DNA from: an uncultured Gammaproteobacteria bacterium | GTDB lineage: Bacteria > Patescibacteriota > Microgenomatia > CAYQLK01 | Direction: 5' to 3' | DNA length: 64,000 nt | NCBI GenBank assembly: GCA_964404855.1 | Contig: CAYOLO010000001.1 | Coordinates: 158,245 to 222,244 of the forward strand | Shown here: positions 18,661 through 27,164 of the stretch, piece after piece | Position numbering within the stretch: the first letter of the stretch is position 1 | Layout: each line of letters begins with the position of its first letter | Notes under the pieces: generated by a model | The model's input: only the letters and a program-made list of their open reading frames with translations | Told to the model about the DNA's origin: nothing | Database searches by the model: none | Translations under genes and position numbers: made by a program

Positions 18661-19107
18661 TTAGAACGGAAGTTCTGGACTAGTAATAGAGCCTGCGTTT
18701 AGGCTAAAGATGTTTTCAACAAGAGTCAAAATAGAAAAAGCTAGGATAATTACAATAAGGCCAATTATTGCGTAGGTGATTTTTTTCTGAGCGGCAGCGG
18801 TTTTTGCTGGCTCACCATTACTGGTAATGTAACTGATACCTGCGAGTAGTAGCCAAATAAAAGCCATAACAAAACCTGCAAACATTAGGATTTTTATGGC
18901 GAATGTAATGATTTTTCCAACATCAGAAGCTTCGGTTGGAATACCGGCTGGAGGGCAGATTTCCCCTAGAGGATTTTGGTCAGTACCTTGAGATCCTGTT
19001 GAACAAGCAGCAATTACATTGGCTGCAGAAATAGCTAGCATTATTAATATTCCTGGAAAAACAAAAATTGCTTGTTTGAATGTAGATTTTATGTGAAAAA
19101 GCGACAT
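18661..19107 (-). CDS. VirB2/TrbC-like pilin paralog 4
   Basis: 148 aa. Signal peptide (ILIMLAISAANVIAACS) and conserved core FIWLLLAGISYITSNGEPAKTAAAQKKITYAIIGLIVIILAF. Confidence 0.6.
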   Translation of the reverse strand: MSLFHIKSTFKQAIFVFPGILIMLAISAANVIAACSTGSQGTDQNPLGEICPPAGIPTEASDVGKIITFAIKILMFAGFVMAFIWLLLAGISYITSNGEPAKTAAAQKKITYAIIGLIVIILAFSILTLVENIFSLNAGSITSPELPF

Positions 19108-19108
19108 T

Positions 19109-19441
19109 TTAAAGATTGGGATTATTAATAAATAGTGCCTGTACTGTATACATTATCACAAAAGTTAGAATCAAAAGGATCATACCGATGACTGCATATG
19201 TGATTGAATTTTTTGCAGCTGCAGTCTTATTTGGATCACCACCAGAGGTAATAAATTTGATACCCCCGAGGATTAAAAAAATGACGGTAAAAATTGCACC
19301 AAGGCCAAATATAATCGATAAGAAAATAGTACCAATGTCGCCAACTGATTGAAAGTTTTCTGCGGGTTGGAACTCTTCGTTAATGTTGAGCCCCAGAAGG
19401 GGTAAGGAGCTTAGTGGTAATAATATTTTTTTAGGTGACAT
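19109..19441 (-). CDS. VirB2/TrbC-like pilin paralog 3
   Basis: Core FLILGGIKFITSGGDPNKTAAAKNSITYAVIGMILLILTF. Start taken at internal Met MSPKKILLPL (19441), which overlaps the upstream stop by 11 nt instead of 38 nt. Confidence 0.55.
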   Translation of the reverse strand: MSPKKILLPLSSLPLLGLNINEEFQPAENFQSVGDIGTIFLSIIFGLGAIFTVIFLILGGIKFITSGGDPNKTAAAKNSITYAVIGMILLILTFVIMYTVQALFINNPNL

Positions 19442-19763
19442 AAACGTTAAGAATTGATTGTGAAACAAATGCGGTTAATGCCCAAGCTATGGAAATAATA
19501 ACCAGGCCGATTACAGCATTAATTATCATAGATTTACCTCCCGCAACGCTGGCTGGATTGCCTCCGCTTAAAATTATTCGAAATGCGCCGATTGCTATAA
19601 GAATTATTGATACTAAAAAGGCAAAAGGAAAAACAAAATAAACCATTGCGTTACTAATAAATCCACCAACAGAGCTGGCTGAGCCACTGTTAAATTCAGT
19701 AATAGGATTACCGACACCTGATTCTCCGAGTCGGATTGCGATGTTTTTTGTTTCGCTTAACAT
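19431..19763 (-). CDS. VirB2/TrbC-like pilin paralog 2
   Basis: Core ILIAIGAFRIILSGGNPASVAGGKSMIINAVIGLVIISIAW. The start ATG shares its A with the TAA of the upstream gene (TAATG overlap at 19763). Confidence 0.55.
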   Translation of the reverse strand: MLSETKNIAIRLGESGVGNPITEFNSGSASSVGGFISNAMVYFVFPFAFLVSIILIAIGAFRIILSGGNPASVAGGKSMIINAVIGLVIISIAWALTAFVSQSILNVYVT

Positions 19764-20362
19764 TATGGTGTGTATATGTCGCTTGTAGCTTCTATGCCTG
19801 GAAGATTAAGAATATTAGCGCCAATTATTTCAAGAATAGTTACAGCAAAAACAATAAACAACAGACCAGAGATTGCCGAAATTATCATCTCTCGACCTGC
19901 GTTAATACCGCTTGGATTGCCAGCAGAAGTAACAATTTTAACTGCACCGAAGCCGGCGAGTATAAAAGCCACAACCGCTGCAATTGATATTGAGACGGTT
20001 AGGATTGTTGTAACAGTACTACCACCACTATCGCCTGTATCAAATTCTAGAACTCCTCCAATTGAACAGGTTGGGCTACATGGAATAGATGAGTCTCCAC
20101 CAGTGCCCCCACTACTATTTTCGCCAGATCCTACGCCTGCTCCGCCAGCTAATGCTGTTTCACATGAAGATTGGGAGTTGTAGTGTGGAAGGTCGCCTCC
20201 AAAAGTCGCAGAAATACAAGAAATTGTTCCACCAACGTTTCGAATAAACCAGTAGGTAGCAGCGTTGGTGGAATTTGTTGGCAGGAATGAGATAAGTACG
20301 AAATTAAATACTAAAAATAGTGATAATAAAAATGTTTTTAGGGCGAGATTGATTTTGGGCAT
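19763..20362 (-). CDS. VirB2/TrbC-like pilin paralog 1 with extended Gly/Ser/Cys-rich N-terminal extracellular region
   Basis: 199 aa. Signal peptide (FLLSLFLVFNFVLISFLPTNSTNA), four Cys, then core ILAGFGAVKIVTSAGNPSGINAGREMIISAISGLLFIVFAV. Confidence 0.55.
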   Translation of the reverse strand: MPKINLALKTFLLSLFLVFNFVLISFLPTNSTNAATYWFIRNVGGTISCISATFGGDLPHYNSQSSCETALAGGAGVGSGENSSGGTGGDSSIPCSPTCSIGGVLEFDTGDSGGSTVTTILTVSISIAAVVAFILAGFGAVKIVTSAGNPSGINAGREMIISAISGLLFIVFAVTILEIIGANILNLPGIEATSDIYTP

Positions 20363-20380
20363 AGAAGGTATAATCTAACA

Positions 20381-22117
20381 ATGACAAAGTTGCCTGCCTA
20401 TCGTCAAGTTTTATCCCACGCCTCGAGGCTATTTCTTATAAGTCTAGTTGTTGTGGTGCAGATTATTACCTTATCAGTTGGAAATAATGCGATTGCTCTT
20501 GATTTGAATAACAGCGATGAGATTGCTAAGGAAATTGAAAAATTAAGTAAAGACTTAAAGGCGAGTCAAGATGCCACAGTGCCTCTTGAGCAAAAGCTTA
20601 AGAGCTTGACTGGTCAAATAACTTCTATTCAGACAAAAATAAATAAATACACGAATGATATTGATTTGGCAGAGAAGCAAATCAAGCAAAAAGAAGCTGA
20701 TTTAGAAAAGCAGAAAAAAATATTAGCTGCGACAGTAAGAAGTTATTACATTCGAACTTTTGTGGATACTCCGCTTTTGACGCTACTTTCTTCTGATAGC
20801 GCTACGGATGTGACAAGAGAACTGACTTTTCGTAGCAAAACAACAGATAGGGATAAGAATTTAATAATGACAATTACTGCTGATATTACAGGACTTAAAC
20901 AGGACAAAGAAGATTTGGCTAAAGAGAAAACTAAACTGGCTGGACTTCAGACTTCGTTGAATAAAGAGGCTGATTTTTACAAAAAAGAAGTGACTGGTGC
21001 AAAAGAATTCCAAAATAGTCTTACAGGTCAAATTGCCACATTAACTGCTCGACAGAATGAAATTATTGCCAGCAAGAGTGGGTCTTTTAGCGCAAGTGTA
21101 GGCGAAGTGCCTTTAACGGATGATCCAAACGCGGGGATAAATTTTAACCCAGGATTTTCGCCGGCATTCGCAGTTTTTTCTTTTGGTGGATTTACTCATA
21201 GGAAGGGCATGAGCCAATATGGTGCCAAAGCAAGAGCTGAAGCTGGACAGGATTATAAAGCAATTTTGAGCAAATATTATGGAAAGGAACCAACGAATAA
21301 AGATACTGGTGGAAACATTAAAGTAATAGGACATGGAGAAATGGACTTCGAAACTAAATATCTTTATGGTATTGGTGAAATGTCGTCTAGTTGGCCAAAA
21401 GAAGCTTTAAAGGCACAGGCAGTAGCCGCAAGAACGTATGCAATGGGGTTTAAATCTATAGGTAAAGAGATTGACGTAGGAACAAATAATCAAGTTTTTA
21501 TTAAGTCTAAGTCAGATAATCCTCCTTCAGCTTGGAAGCAGGCCGTTGATGACACTAAAGGACAAATATTGGAAAATATTCAAACATCTGAATATTCATC
21601 GACTTCAGGGGGTTATTTAACGACTTCTGGTTGGGATACAGTTTGTGGAAACCAAGAGTGTTGGCCTTCCCAGGCATATGAAAAAATAGCTAACAGTCCG
21701 TTTTTTTATGTTGGTTGGTATACAGAAGATATAAGTAAAAACTCTGATAAGTGTGGAAGAAGTCATCCATGGTTAACAAATGAAGAATTTGCTGATATTT
21801 TGAATGGATATCTATTGACGAAAAATGGGCACACTGATGCTAGCAGAGTTACTCCAATAACGATCTCTTGTTGGGGGGGCAATCCTTTATCTATTGGAGA
21901 GGTTAGGGATAGGGCAAATCAATATGGGGGTGCATATACCTCTATAAGTTCTGTGTCAGTTTCTTATTCTGGAAATGGCACTACTGGCAGTGTGACAATT
22001 AACTCTAATCGAGGCACAGAATCGATATCTGGAGACGAATTCAAAAAAGCTTTTAATGTTAGAGCACCAGGTTGGATTTCGATTCGAACGCCACTATTTA
22101 ATATAGAGAAAAAATAG
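20381..22117 (+). CDS. SpoIID/LytB-domain protein with N-terminal coiled coil (cell-wall amidase enhancer / lytic transglycosylase-like)
   Basis: 578 aa. N-terminal TM, then ~200 aa of coiled coil. YLYGIGEMSSSWPKEALKAQAVAARTYA matches the SpoIID/LytB signature (E...SWP.EALKAQAVAARTYA). Confidence 0.7.
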   Translation: MTKLPAYRQVLSHASRLFLISLVVVVQIITLSVGNNAIALDLNNSDEIAKEIEKLSKDLKASQDATVPLEQKLKSLTGQITSIQTKINKYTNDIDLAEKQIKQKEADLEKQKKILAATVRSYYIRTFVDTPLLTLLSSDSATDVTRELTFRSKTTDRDKNLIMTITADITGLKQDKEDLAKEKTKLAGLQTSLNKEADFYKKEVTGAKEFQNSLTGQIATLTARQNEIIASKSGSFSASVGEVPLTDDPNAGINFNPGFSPAFAVFSFGGFTHRKGMSQYGAKARAEAGQDYKAILSKYYGKEPTNKDTGGNIKVIGHGEMDFETKYLYGIGEMSSSWPKEALKAQAVAARTYAMGFKSIGKEIDVGTNNQVFIKSKSDNPPSAWKQAVDDTKGQILENIQTSEYSSTSGGYLTTSGWDTVCGNQECWPSQAYEKIANSPFFYVGWYTEDISKNSDKCGRSHPWLTNEEFADILNGYLLTKNGHTDASRVTPITISCWGGNPLSIGEVRDRANQYGGAYTSISSVSVSYSGNGTTGSVTINSNRGTESISGDEFKKAFNVRAPGWISIRTPLFNIEKK

Positions 22118-22161
22118 TTTTCAATAATTAATTAATAGTTTGGGGTAGAATTATTTCAATA

Positions 22162-22728
22162 ATGTTTAATTCTTATTTTGAAAATCCTTCGGGAATATCT
22201 TTTGAAGGACAAGAGCCCGGAGAGAAGGTCATATTGTTTTTACGACAGCATTTTGTGGTTTTGATTAGTTGGTTTGTAGTGGTTATCTTGATGTCTTTGG
22301 TACCGTTTGTGTTTTTTGGACTCGTTTCTTTTTTTGAGGTGGATATTACGACAGTTATTTCTGGACCTTATTGGATAGTGGCAACATTGTTGTGGTTTTT
22401 GATAACTTTTGGGGTGTTGTTTGAAAAATTAGTCAGTTGGTTTAATAACACCTATATTTTGACGAACGAAAGAATAATTGATGTGGACTTTCACAACTTA
22501 TTATCAAAAAAGGTGTCTTATGCACACCTAGACAATATTGAGGATGTTTCTCAAGCTGTAGGGGGTATTGCAAGACTATTTTTTGATTATGGTCATGTGC
22601 ATATTCAGACCGCAGCCGAACAGAGAGAGTTTGATTTTCACTCTGTTCCACAGCCGGCCAAGGTATCACTAGCGATACAAAAGGAAGCTAGGTTAGAAAA
22701 AGCCGAACCAGATGGAGTAATTCAGTAA
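22162..22728 (+). CDS. Membrane protein with two TM helices and a C-terminal bacterial PH-like (YdbS/YdbT-type) domain, hypothetical
   Basis: 188 aa. Two adjacent hydrophobic helices followed by ~90 aa soluble domain (YILTNERIIDVDFHNLLSKKVSYAHLDNIEDV...). Confidence 0.4.
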   Translation: MFNSYFENPSGISFEGQEPGEKVILFLRQHFVVLISWFVVVILMSLVPFVFFGLVSFFEVDITTVISGPYWIVATLLWFLITFGVLFEKLVSWFNNTYILTNERIIDVDFHNLLSKKVSYAHLDNIEDVSQAVGGIARLFFDYGHVHIQTAAEQREFDFHSVPQPAKVSLAIQKEARLEKAEPDGVIQ

Positions 22729-22730
22729 TT

Positions 22731-22970
22731 ATGGATATATTTTTTAGTGGGGGATTATTCAGTTTTGAAACGATTTTTAAAGCCTTTTTGGTTTTAGGGT
22801 CGGTTTTTTATCTAGTTTTTTCACTGCTTGTACTAAAGCAAGTTAATGTGACAAATCGGACTGTTCAAAACAATGAGGGTGGAACATTTAAGTTTATTTC
22901 AATATTAAATATTGGTGCTTCGGCGGCTGTACTATTATTGATTCTCGGTCTTATTTTTACTAACGCTTAG
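22731..22970 (+). CDS. Small two-TM membrane protein, hypothetical
   Basis: 79 aa with two hydrophobic helices. Starts 3 nt after the stop of the previous gene. Confidence 0.4.
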   Translation: MDIFFSGGLFSFETIFKAFLVLGSVFYLVFSLLVLKQVNVTNRTVQNNEGGTFKFISILNIGASAAVLLLILGLIFTNA

Positions 22971-22991
22971 CCTTATTTTGGACCTGTAATG

Positions 22992-23020
22992 TTGAGTTTT
23001 ATGCCTAATTGTGGTATAAT
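22992..23020 (+). promoter_or_regulatory. Sigma70-type promoter of ssrA (TTGAGT – 17 nt – TGgTATAAT)
   Basis: TTGAGT at 22992–22997 and extended -10 TGgTATAAT ending at 23020, with 17-nt spacing. Sits 10 nt upstream of the mature tmRNA 5' end. Confidence 0.6.
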
Positions 23021-23030
23021 GCGTTCTATT

Positions 23031-23483
23031 GGGGATGTATTGCCTCGACGAAATAGCTCGTTAAAAACTGCAAGCCGAGTGATTCTAAATAACTCGCAAA
23101 ATATTTTTAGAAAAAATAACTGTCAGCAAAATTTCTGACAAAGTAAACGGTTCTCTTGCAGGATTGTTTGCTCCTCGTCCGTCTGCTTACGCTTTTGCCT
23201 AAGTTAGGCCGATAAGGACTTTAAATGGTTTTTCTCCAACGGAACTATTTAGGGTACAACTTAGTTGGAGTCAAAGCGCTCATTTGCTAATTATTGGGTA
23301 TGCGGAAAGATATTATTAATATCTCTTAATAAAGATATTTATAATTTAAATTAGATAGTTTTGACCTCTAACTTGTTAGTGAGACTAAGGGCTCAGAATG
23401 ATTTTTATAAACACTAACTACGCTTGTAGAAGTTTTTGTCGGAATATTATCGGACGCGGGTTCATAGCCCGCCATCTCCACCA
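23031..23483 (+). ncRNA. ssrA: tmRNA (SsrA), standard one-piece form
   Basis: 5' end GGGGATGTATTGCCTCGACG is close to the canonical GGGGCUGAUUCUGGAUUCGACG. 3' end GGACGCGGGTTCATAGCCCGCCATCTCCACCA gives a T-arm and an acceptor strand pairing with the 5' GGGGATG, with a G3:U70 pair and encoded CCA. An internal open frame ends ...NGSLAGLFAPRPSAYAFA-TAA (stop at 23200–23202), consistent with a tag peptide of the ...AYAxA class. smpB is encoded 2.7 kb downstream. Confidence 0.85.
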
Positions 23484-23504
23484 AAATATTTTAGATATTT
23501 ATCT

Positions 23505-23537
23505 AAACAAAAGGCTGCTCGAAATGAGCGGCTTTTT
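23505..23537 (+). terminator. Rho-independent terminator downstream of ssrA
   Basis: GGCTGCTC-GAAAT-GAGCGGC hairpin (7 bp, one G·U) followed by TTTTTTT. Confidence 0.55.
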
Positions 23538-23550
23538 TTGTGTGAACTTT

Positions 23551-24228
23551 ATGTTTTTGTCCTTAACTGATTTTTTATTTCCCAAAAAATGTCTTGGCTG
23601 TTCTCGAAACGGCAGTTATTTTTGCCAAAGGTGCATTGGTAAACAGGAACAATATGGTGACCAGAAGTGTATAAAATGCCAGCGGTCAAGCTTGGACGGT
23701 TTAACTCATCCAAAGTGTAAATCGGTCTACTTACCTGAAGGAGTTTTTGTTATGTATCGGTATAAAAATATCCTGAAAAAGTTAGTTAGAGATATTAAAT
23801 TTCGCAGATTAAAATCTTTGGATAATGAGTTAACTCAACTTTACGCTAATTTGGACGAAAGACTTGTTGACTATTGGTTAAAAAATCAGTTTGTTGTTAC
23901 AAGTGTGCCGATTTCTAGGAGTAAATTAAATAAAAGAGGATTTAATCAGGCGGAATTACTAGCTAAAAAGTTTGCAAGTATAAATGATTTGGAATATCAG
24001 GATTTTTTAAGTCGAAAACGAGATACAAAAGCACAATTTGGATTAAACAGAAAAGAAAGGTTTCAAAATATTGCTAATTCATTTACTTTGAAAAAAAAGT
24101 TTAAGAAAGACACTAATTTGTTACTAATTGATGATGTTATAACGACAGGTGTGACGGCAATTGAGTGCGTTAAGGTCTTAAAAAGAAGCAGGGCGGGCAA
24201 GGTTTGGGTTTTGGTCTTAGCTGGATAA
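23551..24228 (+). CDS. comFC: ComFC-like phosphoribosyltransferase-fold protein (competence protein ComF family)
   Basis: N-terminal double zinc-ribbon (LFPKKCLGCSRNGSYFCQRCIG...KCIKCQRSS) and C-terminal PRTase motif LLLIDDVITTGVTAIECVKVLK. The track ORF starts at 23398 inside the tmRNA. Start reassigned to Met 23551 (or 23524, which lies in the terminator loop). Confidence 0.7.
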   Translation: MFLSLTDFLFPKKCLGCSRNGSYFCQRCIGKQEQYGDQKCIKCQRSSLDGLTHPKCKSVYLPEGVFVMYRYKNILKKLVRDIKFRRLKSLDNELTQLYANLDERLVDYWLKNQFVVTSVPISRSKLNKRGFNQAELLAKKFASINDLEYQDFLSRKRDTKAQFGLNRKERFQNIANSFTLKKKFKKDTNLLLIDDVITTGVTAIECVKVLKRSRAGKVWVLVLAG

Positions 24229-24245
24229 ATTTATTTTTACCCTTT

Positions 24246-26159
24246 TTAAATCTTGAGTGCGAGAATGTTGTTTTGTGTGAGAAGGTAAATAGTTTGATCT
24301 TTCTCTGAAACGGCAATATCTAAAACATTTGCGATTTGCGGGTCTTGATATTGCAGTCTGTAACCTCCTGTTTTGCCAAAGGCGATTACGCGTGAATTGT
24401 CGGGATCAAGAATATAAACAATGTCGGTCGATTCTGCATCAGAGTAAATTTTGGCTTTTGAACCGATTTTTTTGTCTAGTCCTGAGGTTGGAAAACTAGT
24501 ACCAGAGTCTGGTAAAAAGTTGTAAACATTTTCTGAGCCTGTGAGAATCCAAATGGAGCCGTCGATACTCATATCGATTCCATCACTGATGTCTCTTGAG
24601 ACACTATCCTTAATGTAGTTGGTTTTGGCCGAGAATGAACTTTCGGTTGGAGTATATTTCCAAACTTGATTATTGCCGTTGTCGAGCACATAAACATTAC
24701 CACCAAATGACGCAATTGATCCAACTCCGTTCCAGTTTTGGTCTTTGGGGTCGATGACAATTTCGGTTTTATTATCGCCAGCTACTGACCTGACGACTCC
24801 AATAGAGTCTTTGTAGGCAAAGGTTCGGCCGAGTGAACCTGCAACGAACTCAGCACCCTTAACTGATTCTCCACCACCAACAATTTCGGTGCTTTTGCGG
24901 TCAATGTTTATTTGATAAAGAGAACCGTTCTGGTTGTCTAGAACATTTAGTACTCTGCCATCAAGGTCGAGACTATATCCAGTAGCTGTGGTTTTGATAA
25001 GGTCGAGTTTGATGAATTCAGTAATGATGGCATCTTTAACATTTAGAGTTTGAGAAATGCTTTCTTGAATTTTTGTCAGTAATATTTTGGCTGATTCGTT
25101 ATTTGGGGTAAGAGCTAGGATATTATTGACTTTGTTTTGGGCAGAAACAAGCTTGTTGCGAGCAAGTGGAGGATTGGAAACTACTAATGGGAGGGCTTGT
25201 TGATATTCTGTTTGAGCTTCAATTAATAGTTCTTGGCTTTGAAGATTTTTGGATTCTTGAGTCACACCAGTAAAGGCTAAAAATAATCGAGCTGAAAGGG
25301 CAAAAATAAAAATTACAGTCAGCAGGCCGTATGTTTTTTTGGCTTTTCTGGGATCACTAAAAATATTACTTAGATTTGGTTTTTTGACTCTGGCGCGAAA
25401 TTGAGCATTTTCGACTGAAGTTGGTATTGCTTTTTCAGCCAACTCTTCTTCATCAATCTGATGTGGGGTAAGTATGTTTTGATTAACATTTTCAAGATTA
25501 TCGTAGGTAATTTTTTGTTCATTTTGGACTGCTGGGAGAGTAATAATTTTACAAATACCAATAGTGGTGTTGGCAAGGATTTCAAGATCAACTTCTTTTC
25601 TTAAGTGAGCTTGGATGGTATCTGTGTCATTAAGATCTTGGTGTTTAAGGGCGTTTTTGAGAACAGGATGATAGTTGCTAGTTAAAATAATCGTATCGTT
25701 TTCTTGCCAGATACCAGAGGCGGTTCGGATGATATGGGTTTGTGCTTCTGATTCTGCGTCGGGTAGGGGTGCATTTTGAACGATAGGAGCAAAAACAGAA
25801 TGTCTTTTTAAATAAACTTGACCCAAACCTTTGGTAAGAGCGTAAATAGTTTGGTCAATGACTGCAACTAGGCTTGAATTGGGGTTATCAATAATTGAAA
25901 GTCCGTCAGAAAATGCTGTTTTTAAGGCCTCTAGGTTGCCAAGAGCGATATTGGTTTTAAAAGAATTAATGATTGTTTCAAAAGTTTGAGCTGATTTTTC
26001 TCCTAGATTTTCTAATTCTGTAGAGGAGGAGAAGGAGAAGATTAAAAAAGCAGGTTGTCCGTTGTGTAGTTCTACCTCTCGAAATACGACATCGCCGTAA
26101 TTTGGCTTTTCGTCACCAGATATCTTGATTGTGTTGGTTATGACCGAAATGTTTTTCAC
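24246..26159 (-). CDS. Single-pass membrane protein with cytoplasmic N-terminal domain and extracytoplasmic C-terminal beta-propeller-like repeats, hypothetical
   Basis: 637 aa. One TM (LLTVIFIFALSARLFLAFTGV) at ~aa 280. C-terminal 250 aa shows repeated ...G.VYVLD / IWIL / VYILD beta-strand blades (NHL/YVTN-like). Confidence 0.45.
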   Translation of the reverse strand: MKNISVITNTIKISGDEKPNYGDVVFREVELHNGQPAFLIFSFSSSTELENLGEKSAQTFETIINSFKTNIALGNLEALKTAFSDGLSIIDNPNSSLVAVIDQTIYALTKGLGQVYLKRHSVFAPIVQNAPLPDAESEAQTHIIRTASGIWQENDTIILTSNYHPVLKNALKHQDLNDTDTIQAHLRKEVDLEILANTTIGICKIITLPAVQNEQKITYDNLENVNQNILTPHQIDEEELAEKAIPTSVENAQFRARVKKPNLSNIFSDPRKAKKTYGLLTVIFIFALSARLFLAFTGVTQESKNLQSQELLIEAQTEYQQALPLVVSNPPLARNKLVSAQNKVNNILALTPNNESAKILLTKIQESISQTLNVKDAIITEFIKLDLIKTTATGYSLDLDGRVLNVLDNQNGSLYQINIDRKSTEIVGGGESVKGAEFVAGSLGRTFAYKDSIGVVRSVAGDNKTEIVIDPKDQNWNGVGSIASFGGNVYVLDNGNNQVWKYTPTESSFSAKTNYIKDSVSRDISDGIDMSIDGSIWILTGSENVYNFLPDSGTSFPTSGLDKKIGSKAKIYSDAESTDIVYILDPDNSRVIAFGKTGGYRLQYQDPQIANVLDIAVSEKDQTIYLLTQNNILALKI

Positions 26160-26194
26160 TATTTATCAGGGCAGGTTAATAAAAATATTACTGT

Positions 26195-26632
26195 TTATAT
26201 TTTAGACCGTAATGACTTAGCAATGTCGCGGTCCATTGCTGCTTTTTTCAAAGTTGCTCTTTTGTCGGCTAGTTTTTTTGGTTTGGCGAGAGCGATTTGC
26301 ACTTTGACGAGATTGTTTTTGAAATAAACGGAAAGAGGAATAATCGAAATACTTTTTTGGGTGTTGTGTTGGGTAAGGTAAAGAATTTCTTTTTTGTGCA
26401 TTAGTAGTTTGCGGTCGCGGTCAGGGCTAATATTTAATTGAGAACCTTGAAAAGGGGGAATATGGCAGTTAATTAAATAGAGTCCGTCGTCTAGAGTTTT
26501 GACAAAGCTTTCTTGAAGATTACACCTTCCAAGACGAAGTGATTTGACCTCAGAGCCCGCAAGAGCGATACCCGCTTCAAAGGTTTCGAGGATAAAATAA
26601 TCATGATAGGCTTTGCGGTTTGCAATACGCAT
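26195..26632 (-). CDS. smpB: SsrA-binding protein SmpB
   Basis: 145 aa. IANRKAYHDYFILETFEAGIALAGSEVKSLR and ...PDRDRKLLMHKKEI...LSVYFKNNLVKVQIALAKPKKLADKR match SmpB essentially throughout. Confidence 0.9.
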   Translation of the reverse strand: MRIANRKAYHDYFILETFEAGIALAGSEVKSLRLGRCNLQESFVKTLDDGLYLINCHIPPFQGSQLNISPDRDRKLLMHKKEILYLTQHNTQKSISIIPLSVYFKNNLVKVQIALAKPKKLADKRATLKKAAMDRDIAKSLRSKI

Positions 26633-26665
26633 AGCTAATATTTTACCTGATAATCAATTGGAAAA

Positions 26666-27109
26666 TTATTTTTTGAGCTCGTAGCTGGTTTTGTTGGCAA
26701 ATTCGTTGCCATTTCTGTCTAGCTGTCTGAGCGTGTTTTCGTTGACTTGAAGATAATATTTGGAAAGTTCCGAATCCTCGGGTTCGATTTGAAAAAGAGT
26801 TTTACCGTCTTTATCAATTTTTATAAATTTACCTTGACTAGAAAGAGGACTTGTTTGATTAACATATGTTTCGTTGGCGAAATATTTGACTGGCTCATTG
26901 GTTTGTGGGTCAAAATATAGAGTGAGGACTGTCTCGATACCTGCACAATCGGTACAAGGAAGAGTGCCGTAAAATGGTCCAACTTCAGTTAGTTTGGGAG
27001 TAGGGGTTGGGGTTGTTGTTTCAGTAGTGGTTTTGGAACTAGTTGGATTGCACCCGGAAACAAAAACTAAACCAAGAATAAGACAAAAGGTTAAATATTT
27101 AAATTTCAT
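26666..27109 (-). CDS. Lipoprotein with NlpE N-terminal (copper-sensing CutF-like) domain
   Basis: Start reassigned to MKFKYLTFCLILGLVFVSGC (lipobox VSGC). YGTLPCTDCAGIETVLTLYFD matches the NlpE_N motif (Y.G.LPCADC.GIeT.L.L). Confidence 0.65.
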   Translation of the reverse strand: MKFKYLTFCLILGLVFVSGCNPTSSKTTTETTTPTPTPKLTEVGPFYGTLPCTDCAGIETVLTLYFDPQTNEPVKYFANETYVNQTSPLSSQGKFIKIDKDGKTLFQIEPEDSELSKYYLQVNENTLRQLDRNGNEFANKTSYELKK

Positions 27110-27164
27110 TTCAAAACCAATTATATTAGAAATAATAATAAAAATTAAAAAGAATGTAGGATTT

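Noticed and set aside
23398-23550. N-terminal 42–50 codons of the 276-aa ORF (track start 23398)
   Set aside because: This stretch is the 3' end of the tmRNA (T-arm, acceptor, CCA) and its terminator. The ComFC-like CDS is shortened to start at 23551 or 23524.
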